A stretch of DNA of 64,000 nucleotides from Candidatus Nanohaloarchaea archaeon. GTDB taxonomy: Archaea > Nanohalarchaeota > Nanosalinia > Nanosalinales > Nanosalinaceae. Shown piece by piece: positions 48,470 to 57,665 of this stretch. Below the pieces are notes generated by a model, which saw nothing but the letters and a program-made list of their open reading frames with translations, was not told where the DNA came from and did not search any database. Where the stretch lies: positions 4,356 through 68,355 of the forward strand of contig JBDGRE010000001.1 of assembly GCA_042218325.1 (NCBI GenBank), given 5' to 3'. A program made the translations under genes and the position numbers. Position 1 is the stretch's first letter, and every line of letters begins with the position of its first letter.

Positions 48470-50154
48470 GGAAGCTCTCGTCCGTGATAGCTGTCGCGCT
48501 GCTTGTGGCGCCCGCCATGGCAGTCGAGGCCAGCATCCAGCCGTCCAGCCCCTCGGCGATAGTTTTCAACGGCTCGAACAACTACCAAGTCAGCAAGACG
48601 TTCGACGGCTCCGCGTCGACCGGAGATATAACGGACTATACATGGCATCTGCTGAAATCCGACCAGTCCGACACCGGTCCGAGCGCGACCTTCGACTTCA
48701 CCAGGCAGGACTCGCAGACCCGTACCGTCCGCCTCATGGTTTCGAACGGCAGCGCCAGCGACATGGCCGAGGTGACACAGGTGCTGCACGACAGGCCAAA
48801 CATAACGGTTTCGTGGCCGGATGACGATCTCTACTTCGGCGGTAACAGTAACGACGATGGCAACGATGATAACTCGATAATGCTCGACTTCAGCGTTGAG
48901 GCGACCGACAGGTTCGACGGCTCTCTCAGCTACAGCTGGGAGGTCGAGGGAACGGAGGAAGACACTGGCAGTTCGTTCAGCTACAGTTTCCAGGAGTCGG
49001 ACGACAAAGAACAGGATGTCAACTTCGGGACGGACTACACGGTCACGGTTAACGTGACGGACGGGAGCGGCTACTTCAGGTCTGACAGTGACACGATAAC
49101 GGTGTACAACAAGTCAGAGGGCAGCGGCTCGTCCAACACCCAGACGCAGCAGACGCAGAAGACACAGACCACAGGCCTAAACACCCAGTCGAGCAGCGTC
49201 TACGATTACCAGAGGAGCGTTGTCGGGACCGCGGACGAGCCGGCGGAAGTATCGCTGCCGACCCCGCTCAACCAGATCAGGATCGAGTCGAACGGGGTCA
49301 TAGCCGGCGACCTTAACGTGGATACGCCGGAAGACAACCCTGCGCCCGAGCAGCCTCCCGGGAAGGCTTACAGGTACTACGGTATAGAGCCGAATATCAC
49401 AGGCGAGCAGATAACCTCCGTGACTTTCAGCTTCATGGTGGAGAAGGACTGGATATCAGACAACGACATCAAGAGGAGCACGGTCGCGCTGCAGCGTTAC
49501 AACGGCGAATGGGAGACGCTGGACACCTCGGAAACCAGTGAGAACTCCTCGCACGTCATGTACGAGGCGACCTCTTCAGGGTTCTCCAGCTTCGTGATAA
49601 CAGGCGAGCAGGAAGGTTCGTCGAAGATAACTGTGCAGCAGGTGCAGATCGCCTCTGGGAACATTTCTGCGGGCGAACAGTTCACCGTAGAGGTACAGGT
49701 GGAGAACACCGGCAGCAAGAGAGGCCCCGGAACAGTCAAGCTTTCTGTCGGTAACCAGACGCTCAGCCGGGACGTATCCCTCAACGCTGGCGAAGGCACG
49801 AAGCTCGAGTTCACTTCCTCGCTGCCTGAGGGAACGTACACTGTTACAGCAGGCAGCAAATCCGCACAGGTCGAGGTAGCAAGTTCTGGTGGGCAACAGG
49901 ACCAGAAGAGCTCCGGTGTGCCCGTGTTCTGGATAGCCGGATTGGTGCTGCTGGTATCCGCCGGGGCCGCGGGGGCGATAGTCTACACGGGGAGGGAAGA
50001 AAAAGTTCTTTCATACATCGAAGACATCGAGAGAAGAGTTTCGGGACTGGCAGGAGGAACAGGGTTCTCCTTCGACTCGTTCGGCGGCGAGGAAGACCTT
50101 GACGCCGACTGGGACGACGACGGCTTCGACTACTCCTTCAACGACAGGCGATGA
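48466..50154 (+). CDS. Surface protein: PKD + PGF-pre-PGF + CARDB-like + TM anchor
   Basis: FDGSAS..DITDYTW (PKD), ATSSGFSSFVITG, VENTG, C-terminal TM and acidic tail. Confidence 0.85.
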   Translation: MRKLSSVIAVALLVAPAMAVEASIQPSSPSAIVFNGSNNYQVSKTFDGSASTGDITDYTWHLLKSDQSDTGPSATFDFTRQDSQTRTVRLMVSNGSASDMAEVTQVLHDRPNITVSWPDDDLYFGGNSNDDGNDDNSIMLDFSVEATDRFDGSLSYSWEVEGTEEDTGSSFSYSFQESDDKEQDVNFGTDYTVTVNVTDGSGYFRSDSDTITVYNKSEGSGSSNTQTQQTQKTQTTGLNTQSSSVYDYQRSVVGTADEPAEVSLPTPLNQIRIESNGVIAGDLNVDTPEDNPAPEQPPGKAYRYYGIEPNITGEQITSVTFSFMVEKDWISDNDIKRSTVALQRYNGEWETLDTSETSENSSHVMYEATSSGFSSFVITGEQEGSSKITVQQVQIASGNISAGEQFTVEVQVENTGSKRGPGTVKLSVGNQTLSRDVSLNAGEGTKLEFTSSLPEGTYTVTAGSKSAQVEVASSGGQQDQKSSGVPVFWIAGLVLLVSAGAAGAIVYTGREEKVLSYIEDIERRVSGLAGGTGFSFDSFGGEEDLDADWDDDGFDYSFNDRR

Positions 50155-50209
50155 CCTGTTCTGCAGGGCTGTGAACAACTATAAAGGAAGACGCCGAAGT
50201 ATCCTCCGT

Positions 50210-53200
50210 ATGCATGATGCTTCTTCCTGGGGCCGGAAAGACAGTCGCACGCTCATCCGGTTCGGCCTGCTCCTGCTGTCATCCGTGCTCCTGTGCGGCA
50301 TAGTGGTGGCCGCCACGCTATCAGAGAACCATCTCGCCTCGAAGACAGTAGGGCCGGGGACCGATGATTTCGTGACCCTCAACTTTTCCTACACCGGCGA
50401 CCAGGTGCTGAACGGGACATCGCTGGCGTACGGCGAATCGCTCGCGTTCGGTCAGGACGCGGACTGGGCCATCGTCGCGTACGAATCCGGTGACCAGGAC
50501 TGGGACGCGGGCAGCGACTTCCTTGCGGTCGACCACGACTCCGACGGCGCCTACACCAGCAGGAACGACACCATCGTGAACGGCAGCTATAGTTTCAGCG
50601 GGGGCGAGAAGCTGGTCGAGAAAAATCTCTGGGGCAACATAACCTTCGGCGACGTCCCGCCCGCCGGCGCGTATCATACGAACGATTCGATAGTCAATGA
50701 CTTCGACAACTCTTCCTCTTACTCTGCCGAGAGCGATACAAATATCACTGGTAGCGCAGATGAGGGCGACAAGCTTTTCGAGCAGAAACCTTCCAGCTGG
50801 AAAAAGATCGGGTTCAACAACTACACAGGAGATATAGGCTACTTCCGGGGTAACGACTCGGTGGTGCTGGAGAACTCCACGTCCGGAAAGTTCTACCGCA
50901 TCTACAACAGTATCGGCGATACAGTGCTGGACGGGAACTCGTCGATGAAGAACGGCACCAGGCTTTACAGCACAAAACCGGAGGACTGGTACAACGTCAG
51001 CTTCCAGAACGGCTCCATAACAGGATGGAGCGCGAGCGAGGACGGTATATTCAAGGACCGGGACGGCTACGGCGTCTACACGGCCCGTCCTGACGGTATA
51101 ATCAACGGCCCTGAACCCTCTTTCGGTGTAAAGGTCGATAACCCCTTCACCGGAGACCCTGGCCTTGCCTTCAACGACTCCGGCGACGGTAACTGGAGCG
51201 CGGCCGATGACCTTATAATTCAGGACTACGGCGATCTGACCGTCTCCACGAGGAACGACACTCGGGTGGCAGGGACGCCGCCACAGGAGTCGGCAGGGTA
51301 CAGCTACAGCGACAGCTTCCATCCCAACTGGACGCTGGCCTCATACGACTCGAGCGACACCGGCAGCTACGACCCTTCGACCGATGCGGTCGTGCTTGAT
51401 GACGACAACAACTCGGTGTTCGGCCACGAGCTCAACAGCCTCACGGTCGAGAACGCCAGTACCGCTGGAAAGGACGATATCGACGCTCTCAGGCTCTGGG
51501 CCGAGAACACCAGCGACACAAGCTTCACGACCGGGGACGCGCTGCTTGACAACGCCACCTACAGCGACGGCCACTGGGCGTTCGAGGACATGACCTACAC
51601 GTTCACGTCGGGCCAGGACTTCTACGTCACCGCGAACATCTCCGCCGGCGCGATAAGAATGCCCGAGCTCCAGCTCAGGGTCCCGGCGCTGAACGATGTC
51701 GACGGCAACGGCACCTACAACGACACCGCCGACCGCGGCCTCTTCGTATCGGGAACTTCCGACACCGGCGGCCTCACCGGAACCGCCTCGCACACGGTCT
51801 ACACCCCTAATATCACGGAGGTGCGGACGGAGAGCGATGCTTCTTGGGGGGCTAAGGACAAGAATGTCGACAAGGTAATAGTGAAGTTTTCCGAGCGAGT
51901 GGACGTGGGAACGATAAGTTCAAGCGATTTGAAACTCACTAATCCTGATTTTTCAGGGGCGCTGCCTGACGATAAAAACAATGTTTCCCAGATTGCTATT
52001 CCGCTGGTGACCTCACCCGGTGGTGGAAAAGTAACAGGTATAAAGTACTACGGCGGCGGCCGGATTCTCACGAACCAGAGCGGTTACGAGCTTTCAACGG
52101 ATAACTCCACGGTCGAAGTAATCGACGGAGTGAACAGCGCCCCGACGGCGGATGCGGGCGGGGACAGGACGGTGGACGAGGGTAGTACCGTCCAGTTATC
52201 CGGTTCGGGAAGCTCCGATCCCGAGGGCGATAACCTGGATTACGAATGGGAGATTACCGCTGACCAGACTGGTGGAGCATCTTTTGATGGAGGTGATAAG
52301 GCGACGGGCGAGAGCGTTGTGCTCAGCGTTCCTGAGGTCAGTTCCAGTACCCCTGTCGACCTCAATCTCGTGGTGAACGATAGCGAGCTGACGGACAGCG
52401 ACGCCTTCACAGTTACTGTTACTAACAGCCAGACCTCTACGGGAACGGGCGGTGGCGGGAGCGGAAGCGGTAGCGGCGGCAACCAGCAGCAACAGCAGCA
52501 GGAGCCGGAGACCATCAACCGGTCTGTGATAATCGCCCGTGGAAAGGCAGAAGAGTTAGATATAGATGCGGAGACGGTGGGAGGCATCGCGGTCTCGGCA
52601 GTTGACAACCACGACCTCGTCGGCAGTATAGAGTACCGGGAGTTCGACAGCAGGCCCTCCAGCGTGGAAAGTCCGCCTCGCGGGCAGACGTACAGGTGGC
52701 TGGAAGTGGAGAGGAACAACATCGATAACAGGAACGTCAGGTCCGCGGTCTTCGACTTCAAGGTGTCGAAGGGCTGGCTCTCCGACAACAGTATAGCGCC
52801 GGAGACCGTAAAGCTGCTGAGGTACAACGAAGGCTGGCTGGAACTGGACACCTCGGTGAGGAGAGAGGACGCCGGCAACGTTTACTACCGGGCCACGAGC
52901 CCCGGCTTCTCCTACTTCACCATCACGGGCAGGACGTACCAGTCCCTTTTCGAGGTCAGGCAACTCAGCGTCGACAGGAAGAGGCTGATGGCCGGCGGCA
53001 ACGTGTCGATAAACGTGACCGTTTACAACGGCGCGCAGGAAAGCGCAAGCTACACCGTCGAGGTCGATGCGGGCGGCAAGAAGCTGTCGCGGGAGGTAAC
53101 TGTTGAAGGACGGTCGAACAGGACCGTGAGCTTCCTGCGGACCTTCGAGAGCGGCGGCACCAAAAAGATATCGGCCGGTGGCAGGAGCGTGGAAGTGGTC

Positions 53201-53488
53201 GTAGAGACCGAGGGCCTTCCCTGGATGATGATAGGTGGAGGGCTGCTCGGCATCATAGGCCTGTTCGCGGTCTACGTGTTCTGGCCCCGGATAACCGGCG
53301 AGATCCACACCCTGGAGATGTCGGTGGAAGGCGTCATCGAAGGTCTGGAGAAGACTGTGGTGGGCCTCGCAAGCAAGGCAGGCGTGCTGCATGAAGTGGT
53401 CCGGGGTGTCGGCGGCAGCGGCCGCGACTATTCCTTCGAGGGCTTCGGCGACGACGAGGACTTCGACTACTCGTTCGACAAGGCCTGA
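50210..53488 (+). CDS. Large surface protein: Asp-rich repeats + PKD + PGF-pre-PGF + CARDB-like + TM anchor
   Basis: NSAPTADAG..LSGSGSSDPEGD (PKD), ATSPGFSYFTITG, TM WMMIGGGLLGIIGLFAVYVFW. Confidence 0.85.
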   Translation: MHDASSWGRKDSRTLIRFGLLLLSSVLLCGIVVAATLSENHLASKTVGPGTDDFVTLNFSYTGDQVLNGTSLAYGESLAFGQDADWAIVAYESGDQDWDAGSDFLAVDHDSDGAYTSRNDTIVNGSYSFSGGEKLVEKNLWGNITFGDVPPAGAYHTNDSIVNDFDNSSSYSAESDTNITGSADEGDKLFEQKPSSWKKIGFNNYTGDIGYFRGNDSVVLENSTSGKFYRIYNSIGDTVLDGNSSMKNGTRLYSTKPEDWYNVSFQNGSITGWSASEDGIFKDRDGYGVYTARPDGIINGPEPSFGVKVDNPFTGDPGLAFNDSGDGNWSAADDLIIQDYGDLTVSTRNDTRVAGTPPQESAGYSYSDSFHPNWTLASYDSSDTGSYDPSTDAVVLDDDNNSVFGHELNSLTVENASTAGKDDIDALRLWAENTSDTSFTTGDALLDNATYSDGHWAFEDMTYTFTSGQDFYVTANISAGAIRMPELQLRVPALNDVDGNGTYNDTADRGLFVSGTSDTGGLTGTASHTVYTPNITEVRTESDASWGAKDKNVDKVIVKFSERVDVGTISSSDLKLTNPDFSGALPDDKNNVSQIAIPLVTSPGGGKVTGIKYYGGGRILTNQSGYELSTDNSTVEVIDGVNSAPTADAGGDRTVDEGSTVQLSGSGSSDPEGDNLDYEWEITADQTGGASFDGGDKATGESVVLSVPEVSSSTPVDLNLVVNDSELTDSDAFTVTVTNSQTSTGTGGGGSGSGSGGNQQQQQQEPETINRSVIIARGKAEELDIDAETVGGIAVSAVDNHDLVGSIEYREFDSRPSSVESPPRGQTYRWLEVERNNIDNRNVRSAVFDFKVSKGWLSDNSIAPETVKLLRYNEGWLELDTSVRREDAGNVYYRATSPGFSYFTITGRTYQSLFEVRQLSVDRKRLMAGGNVSINVTVYNGAQESASYTVEVDAGGKKLSREVTVEGRSNRTVSFLRTFESGGTKKISAGGRSVEVVVETEGLPWMMIGGGLLGIIGLFAVYVFWPRITGEIHTLEMSVEGVIEGLEKTVVGLASKAGVLHEVVRGVGGSGRDYSFEGFGDDEDFDYSFDKA

Positions 53489-53961
53489 CGCTCGTATGTG
53501 ACAAATGAGAACTCTCCGTGGTCTTCCCTCTCGACCTCTTTCCAGTTGCTGCCGTTCCAGTCGGGGAAGAAGGTATCTCCCTCCGGTTCGTCGTGGACCT
53601 CTGTTATTATCATCCTGTCGGCCTCCGGGAGCGCCTGCTCGTATACTGAGGCCCCGCCTATCACGAAGGCCCTGCCGCTGCCGGTCTTTCTGGCGATGCG
53701 CCAGGCCTCGTCGAGGCTGTTCGCCTGCTCCACACTCTCGGGAGCGTCGATACCTGAACGGGTCAGGACTATGTTCTTCCTGCCGTCCAGCGGCCGTGCC
53801 TCTGCGGGTAGCGACCTGTAGGTTCCGCTCCCCATCACCACCGGGCTTCCCATCGTCGTCTCCCGGAAATGCTCCAGGTCTTCCGGGTAGTGCCACGGTA
53901 TGTCGCCGTCGCGGCCTATGACTCCGTTCTCCGCGACCGCCGCTATCAGGATTTTATCCAT
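53467..53961 (-). CDS. folA: Dihydrofolate reductase
   Basis: IAAVAENGVIG..IPW...DL, RPLDGRKNIVL, IGGASVY, GDTFFP. Confidence 0.95.
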   Translation of the reverse strand: MDKILIAAVAENGVIGRDGDIPWHYPEDLEHFRETTMGSPVVMGSGTYRSLPAEARPLDGRKNIVLTRSGIDAPESVEQANSLDEAWRIARKTGSGRAFVIGGASVYEQALPEADRMIITEVHDEPEGDTFFPDWNGSNWKEVEREDHGEFSFVTYERQALSNE

Positions 53962-54116
53962 GACACCAGTTCCTCCCTGTACCTGTAGACGAGGTAGGCC
54001 AGAAAAATCACCGCGAGATAGAACGCCACGCCGTACAGCGGGACAGGACAACCTTCAGGTATGAAACATCTTCGCCCCATCCAGCCGAACAGCAGGTTCC
54101 AGGTCGCCTGGTCCAT
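53946..54116 (-). CDS. Small (56 aa) single-TM protein missed by the ORF track
   Basis: Manual translation MDQATWNLLFGWMGRRCFIPEGCPVPLYGVAFYLAVIFLAYLVYRYREELVSWIKS*; overlaps the folA start. Confidence 0.6.
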   Translation of the reverse strand: MDQATWNLLFGWMGRRCFIPEGCPVPLYGVAFYLAVIFLAYLVYRYREELVSWIKS

Positions 54117-54128
54117 CCCGGAACAGTT

Positions 54129-54401
54129 TTACTCCTCAACAGATTTATACCTGAGCCACAGGTTCATGTCCTCCTCGACGAGTTCATATCCCGGCTGTTC
54201 TTCGAGGGTGGCGTACACCTGCTCGTGGCTGTAACCCTGTCTCGCGCTCCTCACGGCCTTGCCGGTCTGGAAGACTCTCGGGAGCTCCTGTATGTACGGT
54301 TCGAGGACCCTGTATACAGTCGGGGACCCGAGGTCGGGATCTTTCGAGGAGAGGCTCGCCCATCTGCCTATGCCCTCGCTGTCTTCAGGCGTCATCTTCA
54401 C
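54129..54401 (-). CDS. Hypothetical protein
   Basis: Co-oriented ORF between folC and folA. Confidence 0.5.
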   Translation of the reverse strand: MKMTPEDSEGIGRWASLSSKDPDLGSPTVYRVLEPYIQELPRVFQTGKAVRSARQGYSHEQVYATLEEQPGYELVEEDMNLWLRYKSVEE

Positions 54402-55572
54402 CTGGCCTCCTGGCGTCTCCTATCAGGTACAGCGACCCGGTGACCACCACCGTCCCGTTGTCCCCGGCATCCCGCTTCGCGCAATCGACCGCTTTACCTG
54501 GCTCATTCACGATGCTGTACGGTTTCGAGACTTTTTCGGCTATATCTTCCGGTGACGCTGCCCTGAAGAAGTCAGGCTGCGTGAGGTAGAACTTCGACGC
54601 CTTCTGCTCAAGAACAGACACCATCTCATCTATATCCTTCGTCTCCAGGGCCGCGAAGACGCAGGTGAAATCTTCCGGCAGGTCGGGGAGGATGCGTCTC
54701 AGCGCCGCCGGGTTGTGGGCCCCGTCGTGGATGCATGTCGGCCTTCGGGACACTGTCTCCATCCGGCCCGGGCATCCAAGGCCCGAGAACGCCCCTTCAA
54801 GCTCCTCTGGCAGGCCCGTGAGCTCGTCGATCACTCTCAGCGCGGTTTCCAGGTTGTCCTGCTGGAAGCTCCCCTCTACGGGCAGCGAGAACTCGTGGCC
54901 GTCGAGGATGTACCTGTCGCCTATCCTCTCGACCTCGAGAGGCCTGAGCACCTCCGTGTCCCGTTCCGCGGCGGTCTCCAGTACCGGTTCGAGCTGGTCG
55001 CGGGCTACCAGCTTCCCTTCCTCCGGTATTATGCCTGCCTTTTCACGGGCTATCTCCTCCCGCGTGTAGCCGAGGTACTCTGTGTGCTCCTTGGCTACGT
55101 TGGTTATCGCCGATATCTCCGATCCGGCGGCGTTCGTCGCGTCCAGCCTTCCACCCATCCCGACCTCCATCACCGCCACGTCGACCCGTTCCCGGGAGAA
55201 ATGCTGGAAGGCCATGACGGTCAGGGCCTCGAAGAACGTGAGCTCGGCGCCGTTATCTATCTTTCTCGTCTCGTGGTACCTGTCCGCGAACTCCTCCTCG
55301 CCGATATCCTCGCCGTTGACACGTATCCTCTCCCGCACGGAGGTAAGGTGAGGTGACTTATAGACGCCGACATCGAGACCTTTCGCCTGCAACCCTTCCG
55401 ATACCATCTCTACGGTGGATCCCTTGCCATTGGAACCGCCTACAAGCACCACCCGGTAGCCCTGCTGTGGCTCGCCGAGGAGATCCAGTGCCTCGCGGGT
55501 CCCGTCAAGCGTCGGCTCTTTCTTCCCGGAGCCACGTGACCTCAGGTCTTCGACCGCTTTCTCGTAGTTCAT
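54385..55572 (-). CDS. folC: Folylpolyglutamate synthase/dihydrofolate synthase
   Basis: GSNGKGST, SPHL..RERI, EVGMGGRLDATN, DGAHNP, GSLYLIG. Confidence 0.95.
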   Translation of the reverse strand: MNYEKAVEDLRSRGSGKKEPTLDGTREALDLLGEPQQGYRVVLVGGSNGKGSTVEMVSEGLQAKGLDVGVYKSPHLTSVRERIRVNGEDIGEEEFADRYHETRKIDNGAELTFFEALTVMAFQHFSRERVDVAVMEVGMGGRLDATNAAGSEISAITNVAKEHTEYLGYTREEIAREKAGIIPEEGKLVARDQLEPVLETAAERDTEVLRPLEVERIGDRYILDGHEFSLPVEGSFQQDNLETALRVIDELTGLPEELEGAFSGLGCPGRMETVSRRPTCIHDGAHNPAALRRILPDLPEDFTCVFAALETKDIDEMVSVLEQKASKFYLTQPDFFRAASPEDIAEKVSKPYSIVNEPGKAVDCAKRDAGDNGTVVVTGSLYLIGDARRPGEDDA

Positions 55573-55606
55573 GTACCGGAGTTTCCCGGGCAACGGTTTA
55601 AACTGT

Positions 55607-56698
55607 TTACTCGGCCACCGCGAACTTTATGCCTGGATGAGGGTCGTAGTCCTCGACCTGTACGTCCTCGAACTCCAGGTCGTCGATGCTCTTCTCCGCA
55701 ACCTGTATAACCGGGCGGTCCCGTGGCTCACGTGACAGCTGTTCAAGAAGCCCTGGCACGTGGTCGTACCGCTCCTCGCCCTCCGCCTCTTCTGGCGCGT
55801 TCTCGACCAGCCACTCCTTTACCTCGAGGTAGTCCTCTCCTGTCGAGGCCTCGCGGACGCGGCGGGAAAGTTCATCGAGGTTTTCGCTGTACCAGCTACC
55901 TCTCTCGCCCTTGCCGCAGTAAACGTGCGTGTCGACAACTGTATGTGAGAACTTGCCGACCTCGAAAGGTGTCTGGTTCGCGATGATGTGTGTTATCAGT
56001 GCGTAGGCCGCGATGTTGAACGGTATCCCGAGCGCCGTATCGCCGGAGCGCTGTGTTAGATGCGTGTTCAGCTTGCCGTCCTGGACGTTGAGAACCCAGG
56101 TGAAGTGGCACGGCGGCAGCTTGGAAACTGCGGCGTTGGCCGGATGCCAGGCAGAGATGACGAGCCGGCGGGAGTTCGCGGAACGGTACGGGTGGTCGCC
56201 GTTCAGCGTGTCGATAACGTACTGGACCTGGTCGAAAGTCCTGCGGCCGCCTTCCTCATAGTTCACCCACCTGTCGACCTCCTCGATCTTCTCCTTCGGA
56301 AGGTCGTACCAGCTTTCCGCGTCTTCATGCCAGTCCTCTCTGTTGGGCCACCACTCGCCTTTTAGCTGCTGGCTTTTTCCCGGGAGAGGGAAGCGGCGCC
56401 AGAAGCGGCCGTACGCAGTAGGTAAGTTCCAGTCGTCGTCGGCCCAGGCGTTCCAGATACCGGTCTCGTCCTTCAGGTCGCGGATGTGGTGCTCGCCGGA
56501 GAAGTACCATAGCAGCTCGTGTATCAGCGAGTTCCACCTGAAGCCAGACATATCTTTTGTCGTCAGCAGCGGGAAGCCTTCCTGCAGGTCGATAGTGTAG
56601 GACTGCGAGAACGTCGATATGGTGTCGGAGGAGGTCCTGTTCTCCCTGTAGTTGCCTTTCGCGAGTATGTTCTCCACGAGCTGGTGGTACTGCCTCAT
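55607..56698 (-). CDS. thyA: Thymidylate synthase
   Basis: FPLLTTK, ELLWY, SRR, LPPCH, QRSGD..LGIPFNIA.Y. Confidence 0.96.
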   Translation of the reverse strand: MRQYHQLVENILAKGNYRENRTSSDTISTFSQSYTIDLQEGFPLLTTKDMSGFRWNSLIHELLWYFSGEHHIRDLKDETGIWNAWADDDWNLPTAYGRFWRRFPLPGKSQQLKGEWWPNREDWHEDAESWYDLPKEKIEEVDRWVNYEEGGRRTFDQVQYVIDTLNGDHPYRSANSRRLVISAWHPANAAVSKLPPCHFTWVLNVQDGKLNTHLTQRSGDTALGIPFNIAAYALITHIIANQTPFEVGKFSHTVVDTHVYCGKGERGSWYSENLDELSRRVREASTGEDYLEVKEWLVENAPEEAEGEERYDHVPGLLEQLSREPRDRPVIQVAEKSIDDLEFEDVQVEDYDPHPGIKFAVAE

Positions 56699-56792
56699 AA
56701 CTTATTCGAGTCGGTTCCCACTGTTTAATATCTTAAAAAGCAGTAAGCGGCAGGGGCCGGAAATATAAACTTTGTTGTTCTGAAGTAACAAC

Positions 56793-57665
56793 ATGGTTTC
56801 CCGCAGGATAGATCCCGATCTTCTTCCCTACCTCGTACACGAAGTCAGGGAGCCCATGGCTCTTGTATCCGGCAGTATAGACGCCATGTACGCGGGGCTC
56901 GAGACACGTGTGGCGGAGGAGTTCGAGGAAGAATACGAAGACCCTGAAAGAGAGCGGCTGGTCTCGGAGCTGAAGGAGGACGTTGATTTCACCATATCCA
57001 TCACCTCGGCGCTGACCGAGCAGCGCAGCCGACTCGAGTCGCGAGGCAGGGAGGACGAGGTCGACCGTTTCCTTTACGAGGAAGATATAGAGAGGCTCCG
57101 GAAGCCGGCTGAAGAGATAGATACCACCATCGAGGAAAGAGTTGCCAGGTCGGGTTACGCGCTCGCGGGTCTTTGGGACTACCAGAGGAGGCTGGACGGC
57201 GAGCAGCCGGGCCCTCTCTCGATGCAGGACGTGCTGGAACCGCTCGAAGCGAGGGGAGAAGTCACTTACAACGGGGCAGAGGAAGAGCTTGTTAACGGGG
57301 GTAGAGACCTCTGGCTCGGGCCTACCACCTGGCTGAAGAACCTTGACGACCACACCGAAGGTGCTGAGACAGGTGCAGCCGTCAGGCCTGCGGACGGGGA
57401 AGGTTACGAGATACTGATATGGGATACTGGCACAGGGGTAGACGAGGGCGCCATAGATGAGGAAAGCAAAGGGTTCCGGATAGCAGAAGACGTAACCACT
57501 GCCTACGACGGGGAGTTCGAGGTGCTATACAACAGGTTCGCTGACGGCTCCAGGAACCCGGAGTGGGAGGAGGCCGCCGGCTACCTGTCCGGAGAACTGG
57601 ACAGGCCGGCGGACGACCTCGGCTCCATCTTCTCGTGGAAACTCCGGCCAGCTGAAGGGTACTAG
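56793..57665 (+). CDS. Divergent histidine kinase-like protein (HisKA + HATPase-like), no sensor domain
   Basis: H-box LVHEVREPM, N-box-like WLKNLDDH, G1 IWDTGTGV, reduced G2 SKGFRIA. Confidence 0.65.
   Translation: MVSRRIDPDLLPYLVHEVREPMALVSGSIDAMYAGLETRVAEEFEEEYEDPERERLVSELKEDVDFTISITSALTEQRSRLESRGREDEVDRFLYEEDIERLRKPAEEIDTTIEERVARSGYALAGLWDYQRRLDGEQPGPLSMQDVLEPLEARGEVTYNGAEEELVNGGRDLWLGPTTWLKNLDDHTEGAETGAAVRPADGEGYEILIWDTGTGVDEGAIDEESKGFRIAEDVTTAYDGEFEVLYNRFADGSRNPEWEEAAGYLSGELDRPADDLGSIFSWKLRPAEGY

Noticed and set aside
52440-52505. GGC/CAG microsatellite-like tract
   Set aside because: Gly/Ser/Gln linker within the surface protein, in frame
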